A stretch of DNA of 64,000 nt from an uncultured Alphaproteobacteria bacterium (GTDB lineage: Bacteria; Electryoneota; RPQS01): assembly GCA_964406405.1 (NCBI GenBank), contig CAYORN010000004.1, forward strand, positions 136,163 to 200,162, given 5' to 3'. Below the pieces are notes generated by a model. It saw only the letters and a list, made by a program, of their open reading frames with translations, was not told where the DNA came from and searched no databases. Position 1 is the first letter of the stretch, and each line of letters begins with the position of its first letter. The position numbers and the translations under genes were made by a program. This document shows positions 28,000 to 37,883 of the stretch, in pieces.

Positions 28000-28143
28000 A
28001 CTGAGTGTGATATGAAGAGGTTAAGCCAAATTAGGAGCTATCTCATAATTGATCAATGCAGATCAGGACGCAGGCCAAGGTGGCGAAGCTTTGAATCGTG
28101 AGGACTTTGTGAAGTCGAGTTGAGGCACCCCAGCTTCCGCCCG

Positions 28144-29631
28144 CTAGCGTTGCTGAAGCAATCTGATATATTGATCTACGCCAGACCGGTACCTGTAAAA
28201 TGCGAGTGATCGCAGTTGTTCGGGCAACTGCGCGTGATCCACGTCGGGTGTAACTATGGAGATAATAGGTCTCCCCTCGGCCCACATGGCGCCCCACTCA
28301 GATGCTACCCAGATGCTCGTCAAGCTGTGTTCTGTGACCAAAACGCACATCTCCTTAGACTGCAACACTGCGTGCCGGATCGCATCCGGAATTCTGGTGC
28401 CCCCGACAACGTCAGCCTTATACCAGAAGCAGTCAATACCAGCGTCTTTGATCGTATTGTGAATATCCCTTGCGAAATCCAGATCCCTGTCGTCTGAGCT
28501 AAGAAAGACTCGATACTTGAACCCCTGAACCTGTTCCTGTTGTTGAACCAGATTCTCGCGGATATCCAGGTATTGAAGTGGTTTGACGACACTGGGTCCG
28601 ACCATAACTCTCGAGTGTGGGAGAGCTATGGGTTTTGCCTCGAATTCCTTAAGATAAGCTGATACTCTCATCGCAACGTCCTCGCCAGGCATCCCGGTCG
28701 CGGCCTTACTTATGTCTTGGCCGAAGAGCGTGGCTTCCCCCTTTTCGAATTGAGCCTTATTTTCGTTAGTGTCATTGAATACTCTCCAGAGATTGTATTG
28801 GTTAGGAAGACCGCCGAGAATGGTCGAAAGCAGCCCGCAGGATGACCCGCCGGTAATTCGCTCATAGGGAATGGTCGCCTTGAAATACGAATTCAGCTTC
28901 TGCGGCGGCACGATCGCCATTCTTATTACAAAGCTGCGCGTATCTGCTTCGGCAAACACGCAGAGTGGTCTCGGATTACGGTGGTCTATGCCGGGCATCG
29001 TGGCAATCAGGGGCGGTAAGAGGCGGTCTTCGTCCTTAAGTTTTCCCTCGACTACGGTAAATCTGAAATCGCGGTGTTTCAGTTCGCTCACAGATCCATC
29101 ACGCTTGAGGAGACCATGGAAGTATTGAAGCGAGTGCATCGAGTATGTCTCCACGGGCTCTTCTAACGCGTGAATATTGGCCTCATCAAAGAGATTTGTG
29201 CCTTTGAAATTCTTGCAGAGGTCTTCACGAAGCTGACGGAGCTTTTCCTGGACATCCGCATCTTGGCCCAAGTCGCTCTCAAAACCGATCACAGCATTCC
29301 ACGTTGCGTAACGGTGAGCCGACCGTGTGCATTCAGCGTCCACAATGGAGATATTGGAATCAGCGAGGAACTTGCAAATCGGTGCAAGCATACCTTGTTC
29401 TTGTTTCAGCCGGACAGCTAGGCGAGCTACTCGCCCCCACAAGTTCGGTGGAATCGGAGTGAACATTATGTCATCAATCTCGGGGCAATTACCATGCCTC
29501 CCATCGAGTGTCGGAGTCGGATAGTAGAATCCATACACCTCATCCCCGTTGAAGATCGAGAGAGGACGAAGCAAGTCGTGGGGAAGCCAGATCCAATTTT
29601 TCGTGAGCAGTCCCATTCCACCGTGAGTCAT
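28144..29631 (-). CDS. TIR-domain protein with a novel ~370-aa N-terminal region (two ACT-like segments)
   Basis: 495 aa. The C-terminal aa ~372-495 (nt ~28147-28518) read YRVFLSSDDRDLDFARDIHNTIKDAGIDCFWYKADVVGGTRIPDAIRHAVLQSKEMCVLVTEHSLTSIWVASEWGAMWAEGRPIISIV, which is the bacterial TIR_2 pattern including the S.W...E glutamate (E445). N-terminal segments ARLAVRLKQEQGMLAPICKFLADSNISIVDAECT and SFVIRMAIV...GGSSCGLLSTILGGLPNQYNLWRV look ACT-like. GGAGG lies 7 nt upstream of the ATG. AT-richer than its neighbours. Confidence 0.85.
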   Translation of the reverse strand: MTHGGMGLLTKNWIWLPHDLLRPLSIFNGDEVYGFYYPTPTLDGRHGNCPEIDDIMFTPIPPNLWGRVARLAVRLKQEQGMLAPICKFLADSNISIVDAECTRSAHRYATWNAVIGFESDLGQDADVQEKLRQLREDLCKNFKGTNLFDEANIHALEEPVETYSMHSLQYFHGLLKRDGSVSELKHRDFRFTVVEGKLKDEDRLLPPLIATMPGIDHRNPRPLCVFAEADTRSFVIRMAIVPPQKLNSYFKATIPYERITGGSSCGLLSTILGGLPNQYNLWRVFNDTNENKAQFEKGEATLFGQDISKAATGMPGEDVAMRVSAYLKEFEAKPIALPHSRVMVGPSVVKPLQYLDIRENLVQQQEQVQGFKYRVFLSSDDRDLDFARDIHNTIKDAGIDCFWYKADVVGGTRIPDAIRHAVLQSKEMCVLVTEHSLTSIWVASEWGAMWAEGRPIISIVTPDVDHAQLPEQLRSLAFYRYRSGVDQYIRLLQQR

Positions 29632-29706
29632 GATAAGCCTCCATCAAGTTAATGTTCTCTGCATCGGTGCAGATATGTATGTCTGACGTCTGTTAAATCA
29701 TAACTG

Positions 29707-31992
29707 TTAACCGATCCAGCCCAGCGCGCCCATCAGCGTAATGAAGATGCCCATCAGACTCTCACCCGCAATCAGGCCCGAGGCGGTCGGAATGACGTAG
29801 ATCTCAGCGGCAATCGGCTTCCACTTGGCGTAGAGCAACGCGACCATGCCGCCCAGAAACATCGAAAGCACATTGTAAAACGGAATCACAAACGACAACC
29901 CTAATCCCATCGCCGACGGCAGGAACTTCCGCGTTTTCGGCGCCAGAATCTCCAGCGCGGGAATCAGAATGCCCACCAGTCCGCCGATCACCAGCGCAAG
30001 CCGCGCCGTCGGATGCAGCGATTCAAATCCGTTGGAGAGCAGCAGCGCCACCGATGCCCACACCTGCGCCGCCGGAGCCGGAAACTTCGTCGAACCCAGA
30101 ACTGAAACATCCGGCACGATCAAGTAAAACGCCGGCACGACCACCGCTGTGCCAATGAAGATCCCCGCGAATTGCGCAAGAAACTGCTTCCGCGCATTCG
30201 CTCCGAGCACGTACCCGCTCTTCAGATCGGTGAGCAGATCCGACGCCGAATCCGCTACACCGGCCGTGATGCACGCGGTCATCAGATTCGTCGTCATCTG
30301 CCGCGGCGCCAAGGCTCCAAACGTCAATTGCGTAATTTTGCCCATCGCGCCCACCGGCGTCGTATCCGTTTCTCCGCACGCGCGGCACGCCACCAAGGCG
30401 AGGAAAAATGAGAGCACCACCGCTAAGAGTGACATCCAGATCGGTATCTGAAAGAAGATCGTCGCCAATGCCACGATGCCAACGGTCCCCACCAGCATCC
30501 CCGACGCAAACCACGACCCCGGCACTTCGATCCGCTCCAGAATATCTTCCTCTGCCGTTTGTTGTTTGCGGCTGAAGATCCTCCGCAATCCGGAGAACGC
30601 GCGCAGCACCGTCCGCCACTGCAAGGCAAAGCTCAATAACCCGCTCGTCACCATGCACGCCGCGCCGCCCCACAAACTCCACGACACAATATTGCGGTAC
30701 CCGCCCGGCGACTGAATCGTCTCGTCCCCGGCTTTGAATCCTATCAGCGCCGCCGCACTCGTGAATTGGGGATCGGATCGCACCCCCAGCATGGACTCGT
30801 AGTGCACCGCATGCACCGCCTTGGCCTGCAGCTTGCCCTTCATGTGTAATTGTTGCGGTTCGGAGAAAACGACTTTGTTGTACAGCGGATTCGGCGCGCC
30901 TTCCGGCAGTTTCTCCGCATTCAACGCTTGCAGGAGACTTGCCATCGTCAAATATATCTGTGTGGAACCGTAGGGGTAGCGCAAGTGAGTGGAATCGGAA
31001 CCGTCTTCGAATGTCGGCCCCGTCGTTGCTTCCTGAAGCACAAAGGTCAGCGCGCTTCCCGCCGGAACCGTCAACGGAAAACTCAGCTTGTCTTCCGTCG
31101 TAATCATCGGCGCCGGATGTTCGATCACTTTATTCTTGATCATCACTGGCGCCAGAATTCCCCAATTCAGAACACCGCCGATAAGCAGGCTCAGCGCCAC
31201 CTTGAACCCCATGATGGCCCCTGCGGCCACCAGAATCATGCTGGCTTCCACGGAAACCGTGTACATTCCCAGCCGCGAACCGAAGGTATTAAACAAGCTG
31301 GGCAGCCACGCCAGCCAATCGCGAATCGTCGCAATCGCGATGCCGAGGCTCCCGGAGTAAAACAGCGCCTTGGCTGCTTTGTTGTCTCCTTTGCCATCGT
31401 CGCCGCCATGCAGGCTGCGCAGTGTTTCCGCCGCCGCAATCCCCGACGGAAACTTGAGCCGCTCGATGTTGATCATCTGCCGCTTCATCGGAATCGCCAT
31501 CGTCACGCCGAGAATCGCCAGAAAGAAGATCCACATGCTGAGCAATCCATATCCGATATGCTCCCCGTTCACGAGCAGAAAGGCCGCAATCGCCGAGACA
31601 ATCGTGCCGCCGGTGGAGTAACCTGCCGACGAGGCGGTGGACTGCATCGCGTTGTTTTCGAGGATGGACATGTCCGTCTTGAACCAGCGCGGAAATGCCT
31701 TGCGGAGTGTTTTCCAAATCGTAAAGCTCAAGATGCACGACGTAATCGCCACGCCCAACCCCCACCCGGTTTTCAAACCGATGTAGAGATTGGAAAGCGA
31801 CATGAACGCCCCCAGGCAGGACCCCATGATCACGGCGCGCCACGTGAGCTGCGGCATGTCATCGCCGCGATAGACGTTTTCGTACCATTCGCGTTCGAGT
31901 TCTTCAGGAGTAGAGGGAGTCGGGGGCACGGGTGCGCGTACAGGCACGGAAGACCTTTCTGATAAGCAAGGGGGATGGCCGGGCGAGGGCAA
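29707..31992 (-). CDS. OPT family oligopeptide transporter (copy 2, with a large extra loop)
   Basis: 761 aa with the same OPT blocks as copy 1 (LTWRAVIMGSCLGAFMSLSNLYIGLKTGWGLGVAI, FPSGIAAAETL, GETDTTPVGAMGKITQ, SDLLTDLKSGYVLG, ASGLIAGESLMG) plus an insertion of about 130 aa (aa ~290-420). TTG start is uncertain. Confidence 0.85.
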   Translation of the reverse strand: MPSPGHPPCLSERSSVPVRAPVPPTPSTPEELEREWYENVYRGDDMPQLTWRAVIMGSCLGAFMSLSNLYIGLKTGWGLGVAITSCILSFTIWKTLRKAFPRWFKTDMSILENNAMQSTASSAGYSTGGTIVSAIAAFLLVNGEHIGYGLLSMWIFFLAILGVTMAIPMKRQMINIERLKFPSGIAAAETLRSLHGGDDGKGDNKAAKALFYSGSLGIAIATIRDWLAWLPSLFNTFGSRLGMYTVSVEASMILVAAGAIMGFKVALSLLIGGVLNWGILAPVMIKNKVIEHPAPMITTEDKLSFPLTVPAGSALTFVLQEATTGPTFEDGSDSTHLRYPYGSTQIYLTMASLLQALNAEKLPEGAPNPLYNKVVFSEPQQLHMKGKLQAKAVHAVHYESMLGVRSDPQFTSAAALIGFKAGDETIQSPGGYRNIVSWSLWGGAACMVTSGLLSFALQWRTVLRAFSGLRRIFSRKQQTAEEDILERIEVPGSWFASGMLVGTVGIVALATIFFQIPIWMSLLAVVLSFFLALVACRACGETDTTPVGAMGKITQLTFGALAPRQMTTNLMTACITAGVADSASDLLTDLKSGYVLGANARKQFLAQFAGIFIGTAVVVPAFYLIVPDVSVLGSTKFPAPAAQVWASVALLLSNGFESLHPTARLALVIGGLVGILIPALEILAPKTRKFLPSAMGLGLSFVIPFYNVLSMFLGGMVALLYAKWKPIAAEIYVIPTASGLIAGESLMGIFITLMGALGWIG

Positions 31993-32219
31993 GGCCGGGT
32001 GAGAGTCCGGTGGGACAAGCTAAGTGACCAAGAATATACGAGAAGTTTTGCTGAAACTCAAGAAACGCCTTGTACGGATTCTCTTCTGAATCCATGGCCT
32101 CTCAGGTAAGATCAGGAATTCACGATACTCCTTCGCAGGGCCACTTAAACATCTTCAAAATAATAGGATAGAGCGACCTGATCAACGTCGCACTTTTCGG
32201 ATTGTTGATGCATCTCTAT

Positions 32220-32248
32220 TGACATTCTTGAAGGTTCGTCATAGATTA
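32220..32248 (+). promoter_or_regulatory. Candidate sigma70-like promoter of the 1526-aa gene
   Basis: TTGACA-17 nt-TAGATT, about 115 nt upstream of the ATG at 32363. Confidence 0.4.
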
Positions 32249-32362
32249 CAGTCTTGGTTACGCGATCAGGACCCACAGATACTGAGGCGCAGCCCACCCG
32301 CATTCGGCAGGGGGTAGCTAGGCCTGCTGAGGAAAGACGAAGATTTCGCAAAGGACACGAGC

Positions 32363-35300
32363 ATGACAAAGAAGATTGGATCTTTACTACTGATTTTGAC
32401 GGTCTGCGGCTTTCTCGGCTATCAGGCGCTTCAGGCCGGATCGGACGGGCAGCGCGGGCGCTTAGACAACGGTCCCTCATCGAATATGAAGACGCCGCAG
32501 CCCACGCTACAGAAGCTCACCGAGGAAGAGACGCAGGCATTGCTCGAATCTGAGCGGATTAAGGCAGAGATTGAGCGGCAAGAGTTGATGATGCCCTCAG
32601 GTGGCAGCGAAGAGGTCGTTGAGGTGGACGGGGCCGCACTCGAAGATGCGAACAAGCTTGAGTTTGAGCGCGCGGCGCTCGACGCTCTCGCCCAAATGGA
32701 AGCGGGTCTGCCGCTCACGCCGGCGCAGAAGGAACTCATTCTTCAGTATCTGGAGCAAAACCCCGGCTACGCCGACCAGAACAGTGGCCGGAATCCATTG
32801 GACAATCAGGGCGGCCCCGACGGCGCCAACTACTACTTTGTGGACAACGTCACGCCCGATACGGCGGACTACGACTGGATTGAATTACGCGGCGATCCTC
32901 TGACGGTCTGGATCAATGACATCTCCAACCACGATGACGGTTATTCGGCATCGAAGTATCCTTTCGGATTCAACTTTCCCTTCTACGGAGCGACCTACGA
33001 CTCCTTCCGTGTGGCAGTCAATGGATTCATCGAGTTTACAACCTCAGTTGGATCGCTTTCGAATGTCTGTCTTCCGTCAACAAGCATCAGCGGGCCTGCA
33101 GTTTTTGTCTTTTGGAACGACCTCCACCTCAATAACGGTGGTATCCCATCGGGAACCGATGTCATTGGTTACCGCAACTTCGGCGACTATGTCGTTGTCG
33201 AGTATGACTCGATTGGCAATTTCAGCAGCTCGTGCGTGGGATCACTGAAGTTCCAGGCGATCTTCTTCTCCGATGGCAGGATCAAACTCCAGTACAATCA
33301 GTTGATCATCGGAGCGGGGACGGCGTGTGACAGCACCATGACGATCGGCATCCAGTCCAACGGCGTTGCCGGCAGCCCTGCCCTGAACTATGTCTGCAAC
33401 ACGACGGGTTATCAGGCTACGGATACTCTCGCCATCTGGTTTTATCAGGTTTTCTTCCCGAACGATTTTGGAACGTCGGCTATCCTCAGTCCAACCGGTG
33501 TTTATGCTCCCAGTGCCGTGGTGAATGTGACAGCGCGGTTCAGGAACAACGGTACGACCACACAGAGTTCGCCCGTGAGCTACACCTTTAACGGCGGGCC
33601 GGTCGTGACGGAAGCAACCGGAGTTCTGTCGCAGAACCAAACCGAAGATCTCACCTTTGCTACCCAGATAACCTTGCCCGGAGTCACGGGTTCCTACCCG
33701 CTGACCGTCTGGACGGACCTCGCCTCGGATGAAGCGCGTGGCAACGATACCATGCGTATTAACGTACAGGTGTTTACCGGTGGAGATTGCCCAAGCGCTA
33801 TCGTGTTGGCCGGGAACGGCCCGGACAGCGCCCTCTACAACAACTGCGGCGCGGGTGATAATTCACCGGGACAGCCCTGCGGTGCATCCGGGCAGGACAT
33901 GGTCTTCCAAATTGAAGTTCCCGACGGGAATCAGTTGGTCGTGTGGCAGAGAAGCGACAACACCATCACGGGCCGCCACACGCTTCGTTGGGGCGGAGCC
34001 TGCCCGGGAAGCAATTTTGTAGATTGCTCTACAACCGAAAGCCGCCGGATGCGCTTTGTCAACAACACAGGCTCCACGCAAACGGCATGGGTGACCGTAG
34101 GCAACAGCACGGCTCCCGGCACCTGCGGGAATCTCGGTATCGGCTGGCAACTCACAGCCTGCTCGCCTGTTTCGCCGCCTGCTGCCGAGGGATTTGAAGG
34201 CCCTGCCCTGCCGCTCTTACCCGATTGCTGGGGCACGGTTCAGGCTCTTCCTCTCACGGCTACCACCTCTCCGTTGTGGGAAAACTACGGCACCAATCCT
34301 CGTACCGGCACTCGCGTTGCCTCCGTCCTGGGAGCAAGCGTCGGCAATGACGACTGGCTCTTCAGCAACGGAGTTACGCTTACGGGCGGCAATACTTACG
34401 TCGTTGAATTCTGGTGGAGAGGGGCCTCTACCACCGTTCCGGAATCGTTGGAAGTCAAGGCGGGTACGGAAAACACGGTCGCCGGCATGACCCTGACGGT
34501 GATGCCGATGGATACGATTAAGCGGACAGTATATACCCAGAGAATCTTTAACGTTGTCGCGCCCGTGACGGGGACTTACTACGTCGGCTGGCACAATGTG
34601 ACGAAGCGCTCTGCAGGCCGCTCGTACATCGACGATGCGCAGATATATCCGTCGGGAGCCTGTTCGGCTCCGACGGTCACGGTGAATTCCGTCACGGGAC
34701 AGGATTCCGCGGGGCTGGTGGCCAACGTCACCGGTGGATCGGGCGGTCCGCCGGAATATCAGTGGTTCACGGGAACGGGCTGCGACATGGCCAACATCAT
34801 CGTCGGCGCGCGCACCGCGACGTATTACGCGCCCACTTCAGGCATCTACTCCTGCCGGGCTTGGATTATTGACTCGCTGAATTGCGCCTCCTGTGACTCG
34901 GCGATCGCGACGGTGATTGACTGCTCCATTTCTACCGCGTTGCCATACTCCGAGGGCTTTGAAGGAACGTCAGGCACGGCGTTTCCAACGTGCTGGTCAG
35001 TCGTAACGTATGATGCTGACGCCATTCGCTGGGTAACATCCGCTACCAGCCCGCATAGCGGAACACGCTGTGCTTATATCCAGTACTCCGCGTCAGGTGT
35101 TTTTCCCAACGACTGGCTGTTCACACCTCTGTTTGGATTGACCGCAGGCACGGATTATCTGCTCGATTTCTGGTGGCGGCAATACTTGACGTCATCTACG
35201 TACTTCGATAGTCTGGCGGTCTTCCTGACCTCAGCACCGAACAATGGTTCGGTTGTGAGCACGGTCGTCCCCATTTTCCGCGCCAACACCACAACCTACC

Positions 35301-36943
35301 AGGAAACCTTTGGGTTGTTCTCCCCGCCTGCAAACGGTGACTACTACCTGGCATTCGTGTACACCGGCAGTGCCAATGCTGGCGGCATCAGAGTTGATGA
35401 CGTGGCACTGGCTGTGGCCGGCACGTGCACCGCACCAACAGCGAGCGTCGCCGATTCAAGTCGTGTCGGTTCTGTCATCATGTTCTGCAGCGCCGCCGGT
35501 GGTTCCGGCGGCCCGCTGGTTTACCAGTGGTACACGGGCCAGGCCTGTTTGCAGGCCAACGCGATTGCAGGTGCGACGAACAGCACCTACACCACATTCG
35601 CCAGTGGCGATTATGCCTGCCGCGCTTACCGGGCGGACTCGGTGAACTGTGCCGCCTGCGATTGGGGCACGGCGACCGTGCTGCCCCCGCCGCCGGGTGA
35701 AACCTGCAACAACCCCATCGTTGCGACACCACCCTCCCCCGGCACTCCGACGGTCATTACGGGAACAACAACGGGCGCCATTGCCGATTGTGCCGACAGC
35801 TGCAATTCAACGATTGCTCGCTCGTCTGGTCCGGATCACTTCATCTCCTTGACGCTGGCCTCTTGCGCCCGGATTACGATGGCTTTGGACGACGGGACGA
35901 ACAACGGCGACATGTACATCACGGTGTATGAGAGCGGCAACTGCTGCACGAACAGCATTCTCTGCAACGACGATAAGTCGGCGTTCGATACACTGTATTG
36001 GGAGACCCCCGGCCAGCGAAATCCTGGCGGAGTGACGTCTTTTGTGGGCGGCGAACTGCCTGCAGGAACCTATCTCATTCGGGTCGCTCGGTACACCACC
36101 AGCAGCGGTGCCTACCGGCTGACGATCTATGATAACGGTCCCTGCCCGTGTGACGTTTCCTGTGTCGGCGGCGATCAGGCGGAGGCAGTCGAAGATCGCT
36201 ATAACAACGCGTTCAACGACAACGATCCCGATGGCGGATGCAATAACATCACCCCCACCTACGGCACGATCGTGCCCGGTCAAACGATTTGCGGCGTCGG
36301 CTTCAACTACCTGAATCCGGGCGGCACGATTCTCCGGGATTACTATCGCGACACCGACTGGTACACCTTCTCGCTGGCTCAACCTGCTTCCATGATTCTG
36401 ACGGTGAATGCAGAATTCATGGCGCAGTACGGAATCATCTCCGGCCCGGCGGCGTGTCCGAATCCGCCGTTCGCCATCCAAGACACGGCGCTGGAATGCG
36501 AGCTGACGACGATCAACGTTGACCTTGCAGCCGGCGACTATGCGATGTTTGTCGCGCCGCTGAATTACGTCGGCAACCCGATGCCCTCCACCTATCGGGC
36601 CTCCTTGACTTTTGCTTGCGTTCCTGATACGGTGGCCAACCTCACTGCCTATCTCGTGAATGTGGACGGCGATCCGACGGCGAATGACATCCGGCTGAAA
36701 TGGACGGCGCTGGACGGCTTCGGCGGAACGTACAAGGTCTACATGAACACCGTGATGGACGCTTTCCCGGGAACATGGCAGGAAATCGCCACGGGCATTA
36801 CTCCGGTCTACGGCCTCAACGCCATGACGTACGTGCATGACGACGCACTCATCGGAGGTCAGCGGCGCTTCTACCTCGTGATCAGCGAGTGTGCAGCCGC
36901 CGTGGCCGCCTCGATGCCGACGGTGCCCGATCTGGCGAAGTAG
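32363..36943 (+). CDS. Giant secreted protein with duplicated choice-of-anchor-J / cleaved-adhesin-like modules, Cys-rich Ig-like modules and a C-terminal FN3-like domain
   Basis: 1526 aa with signal peptide MTKKIGSLLLILTVCGFLGYQALQA. Two copies of an EGFEG...CW...W....P(R/H)(T/S)G(T)R.A......NDWLF(S/T)....L..G..Y...FWWR module, each followed by a C..PT..V....GGSGGP..YQW(F/Y)TG..C....I.GA...TY....SG.Y.CRA...DS.NCA.CD module. Confidence 0.8.
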   Translation: MTKKIGSLLLILTVCGFLGYQALQAGSDGQRGRLDNGPSSNMKTPQPTLQKLTEEETQALLESERIKAEIERQELMMPSGGSEEVVEVDGAALEDANKLEFERAALDALAQMEAGLPLTPAQKELILQYLEQNPGYADQNSGRNPLDNQGGPDGANYYFVDNVTPDTADYDWIELRGDPLTVWINDISNHDDGYSASKYPFGFNFPFYGATYDSFRVAVNGFIEFTTSVGSLSNVCLPSTSISGPAVFVFWNDLHLNNGGIPSGTDVIGYRNFGDYVVVEYDSIGNFSSSCVGSLKFQAIFFSDGRIKLQYNQLIIGAGTACDSTMTIGIQSNGVAGSPALNYVCNTTGYQATDTLAIWFYQVFFPNDFGTSAILSPTGVYAPSAVVNVTARFRNNGTTTQSSPVSYTFNGGPVVTEATGVLSQNQTEDLTFATQITLPGVTGSYPLTVWTDLASDEARGNDTMRINVQVFTGGDCPSAIVLAGNGPDSALYNNCGAGDNSPGQPCGASGQDMVFQIEVPDGNQLVVWQRSDNTITGRHTLRWGGACPGSNFVDCSTTESRRMRFVNNTGSTQTAWVTVGNSTAPGTCGNLGIGWQLTACSPVSPPAAEGFEGPALPLLPDCWGTVQALPLTATTSPLWENYGTNPRTGTRVASVLGASVGNDDWLFSNGVTLTGGNTYVVEFWWRGASTTVPESLEVKAGTENTVAGMTLTVMPMDTIKRTVYTQRIFNVVAPVTGTYYVGWHNVTKRSAGRSYIDDAQIYPSGACSAPTVTVNSVTGQDSAGLVANVTGGSGGPPEYQWFTGTGCDMANIIVGARTATYYAPTSGIYSCRAWIIDSLNCASCDSAIATVIDCSISTALPYSEGFEGTSGTAFPTCWSVVTYDADAIRWVTSATSPHSGTRCAYIQYSASGVFPNDWLFTPLFGLTAGTDYLLDFWWRQYLTSSTYFDSLAVFLTSAPNNGSVVSTVVPIFRANTTTYQETFGLFSPPANGDYYLAFVYTGSANAGGIRVDDVALAVAGTCTAPTASVADSSRVGSVIMFCSAAGGSGGPLVYQWYTGQACLQANAIAGATNSTYTTFASGDYACRAYRADSVNCAACDWGTATVLPPPPGETCNNPIVATPPSPGTPTVITGTTTGAIADCADSCNSTIARSSGPDHFISLTLASCARITMALDDGTNNGDMYITVYESGNCCTNSILCNDDKSAFDTLYWETPGQRNPGGVTSFVGGELPAGTYLIRVARYTTSSGAYRLTIYDNGPCPCDVSCVGGDQAEAVEDRYNNAFNDNDPDGGCNNITPTYGTIVPGQTICGVGFNYLNPGGTILRDYYRDTDWYTFSLAQPASMILTVNAEFMAQYGIISGPAACPNPPFAIQDTALECELTTINVDLAAGDYAMFVAPLNYVGNPMPSTYRASLTFACVPDTVANLTAYLVNVDGDPTANDIRLKWTALDGFGGTYKVYMNTVMDAFPGTWQEIATGITPVYGLNAMTYVHDDALIGGQRRFYLVISECAAAVAASMPTVPDLAK

Positions 36944-36963
36944 TCTTCACCTCTAACTCAATC

Positions 36964-36997
36964 CAAACGGCCGGTGAGGTGACTCACCGGCCGTTTG
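36964..36997 (+). terminator. Hairpin terminator after the 1526-aa gene
   Basis: Perfect 15-bp stem (caaacggccggtgag / ctcaccggccgtttg) with a 4-nt loop, starting 21 nt past the stop. Confidence 0.7.
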
Positions 36998-37045
36998 CTT
37001 GTCCTCCCGCTTGATCTTTTCGGCACAGAACGTTATCTTTTGCGC

Positions 37046-37843
37046 ATGCGCCTCGTCAAACGCCTTCTCCTGCTGCTCGCGGCCTTTGTTGTCTTGGCCG
37101 TGATCGTCACGACCGCTCAGGTCTTGCTGCTGCGCGTGCATGATCCCAAAACCACCGCCTGGATGCGACTTCGCGCGCGTCAAGCCAAAGCACAAGACAA
37201 GGATTTGGTGATCCGCCAGACGTGGGTACCGCTCACCGAGATTCCGCAGACCATGCAGCAGGCCGTGATCGCTGCCGAAGACGAGAACTTCTGGACGCAT
37301 CACGGCATTGATTGGGATGCGATTCGCAAAGCGCGCGCGCGAAACGAAAAGCTCGGCAGGGTCAAACTCGGCGGCAGCACCATCACGCAGCAGCTCGCCA
37401 AAAACCTCTATCTGTCTCCGGGGCGCAGCTATATTCGCAAGGCCCGCGAGGCGTGGATTACCTATACGTTGGAATTACTCCTGCCCAAGTCGCGCATCCT
37501 CGAACTCTATCTCAATCTCGTCGAGTTCGGTCCGGGGATCTTCGGCGTGGAAGAGGCCGCAAAATATCATTTCAGCGTTCACGCGCGGCAGCTCTCCGCG
37601 AATCAGGCTTCTCGTCTCGCTGCTATTCTTCCTTCTCCCTTGCGCTACCGGATCAACGGCAACTATGTCTCGCGGCGCGCGGCGATCATCCAGCGGATCA
37701 TCGGCAGTCCGCCGAGCGAGCGCGCCAATCTGCCGCCGCTGGAGCCAGTTCCGCACGACGAACCAACCATCAAGAAACCGGTTCTCGAACCGCCTCCGAT
37801 CGAAGAGATCACCGATTCTCTGCTCCACGACACCACATCATAA
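37046..37843 (+). CDS. mtgA: Monofunctional biosynthetic peptidoglycan transglycosylase
   Basis: GT51 motifs: AAEDENFWTHHGIDW, GGSTITQQLAKNLYL and RKAREAWITYTLELLLPKSRILELYLNLVEFG. N-terminal TM anchor. Start set to the ATG at 37046 (MRLVKRLLLLL). Confidence 0.9.
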   Translation: MRLVKRLLLLLAAFVVLAVIVTTAQVLLLRVHDPKTTAWMRLRARQAKAQDKDLVIRQTWVPLTEIPQTMQQAVIAAEDENFWTHHGIDWDAIRKARARNEKLGRVKLGGSTITQQLAKNLYLSPGRSYIRKAREAWITYTLELLLPKSRILELYLNLVEFGPGIFGVEEAAKYHFSVHARQLSANQASRLAAILPSPLRYRINGNYVSRRAAIIQRIIGSPPSERANLPPLEPVPHDEPTIKKPVLEPPPIEEITDSLLHDTTS

Positions 37844-37870
37844 AGCCTCAGAATTTCCTGAGGCTTTTTC
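37842..37870 (+). terminator. Rho-independent terminator of mtgA
   Basis: 10-bp stem (aaagcctcag / ctgaggcttt) with a 6-nt loop, running into a T-run. It overlaps the TAA stop. Confidence 0.8.
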
Positions 37871-37883
37871 AAGTCATGCTGAT

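Noticed and set aside
5306-29631. Reading the 2-TM protein (5306-6130), the 1-TM protein (6307-6984) and the TIR protein (28144-29631) as one three-gene 2TM/1TM/TIR-type defence system. I recall such an architecture described among phage-satellite-encoded systems.
   Set aside because: The TIR gene is about 21 kb away in a different transcription unit, separated by more than 20 unrelated genes. Without homology searches the resemblance is only in TM counts. They are kept as two independent observations.
32145-32480. 111-aa minus-strand ORF upstream of and overlapping the start of the 1526-aa gene.
   Set aside because: Arg/Ser/Cys-rich translation with no RBS. It overlaps the signal-peptide region and the candidate promoter of a strongly supported gene.
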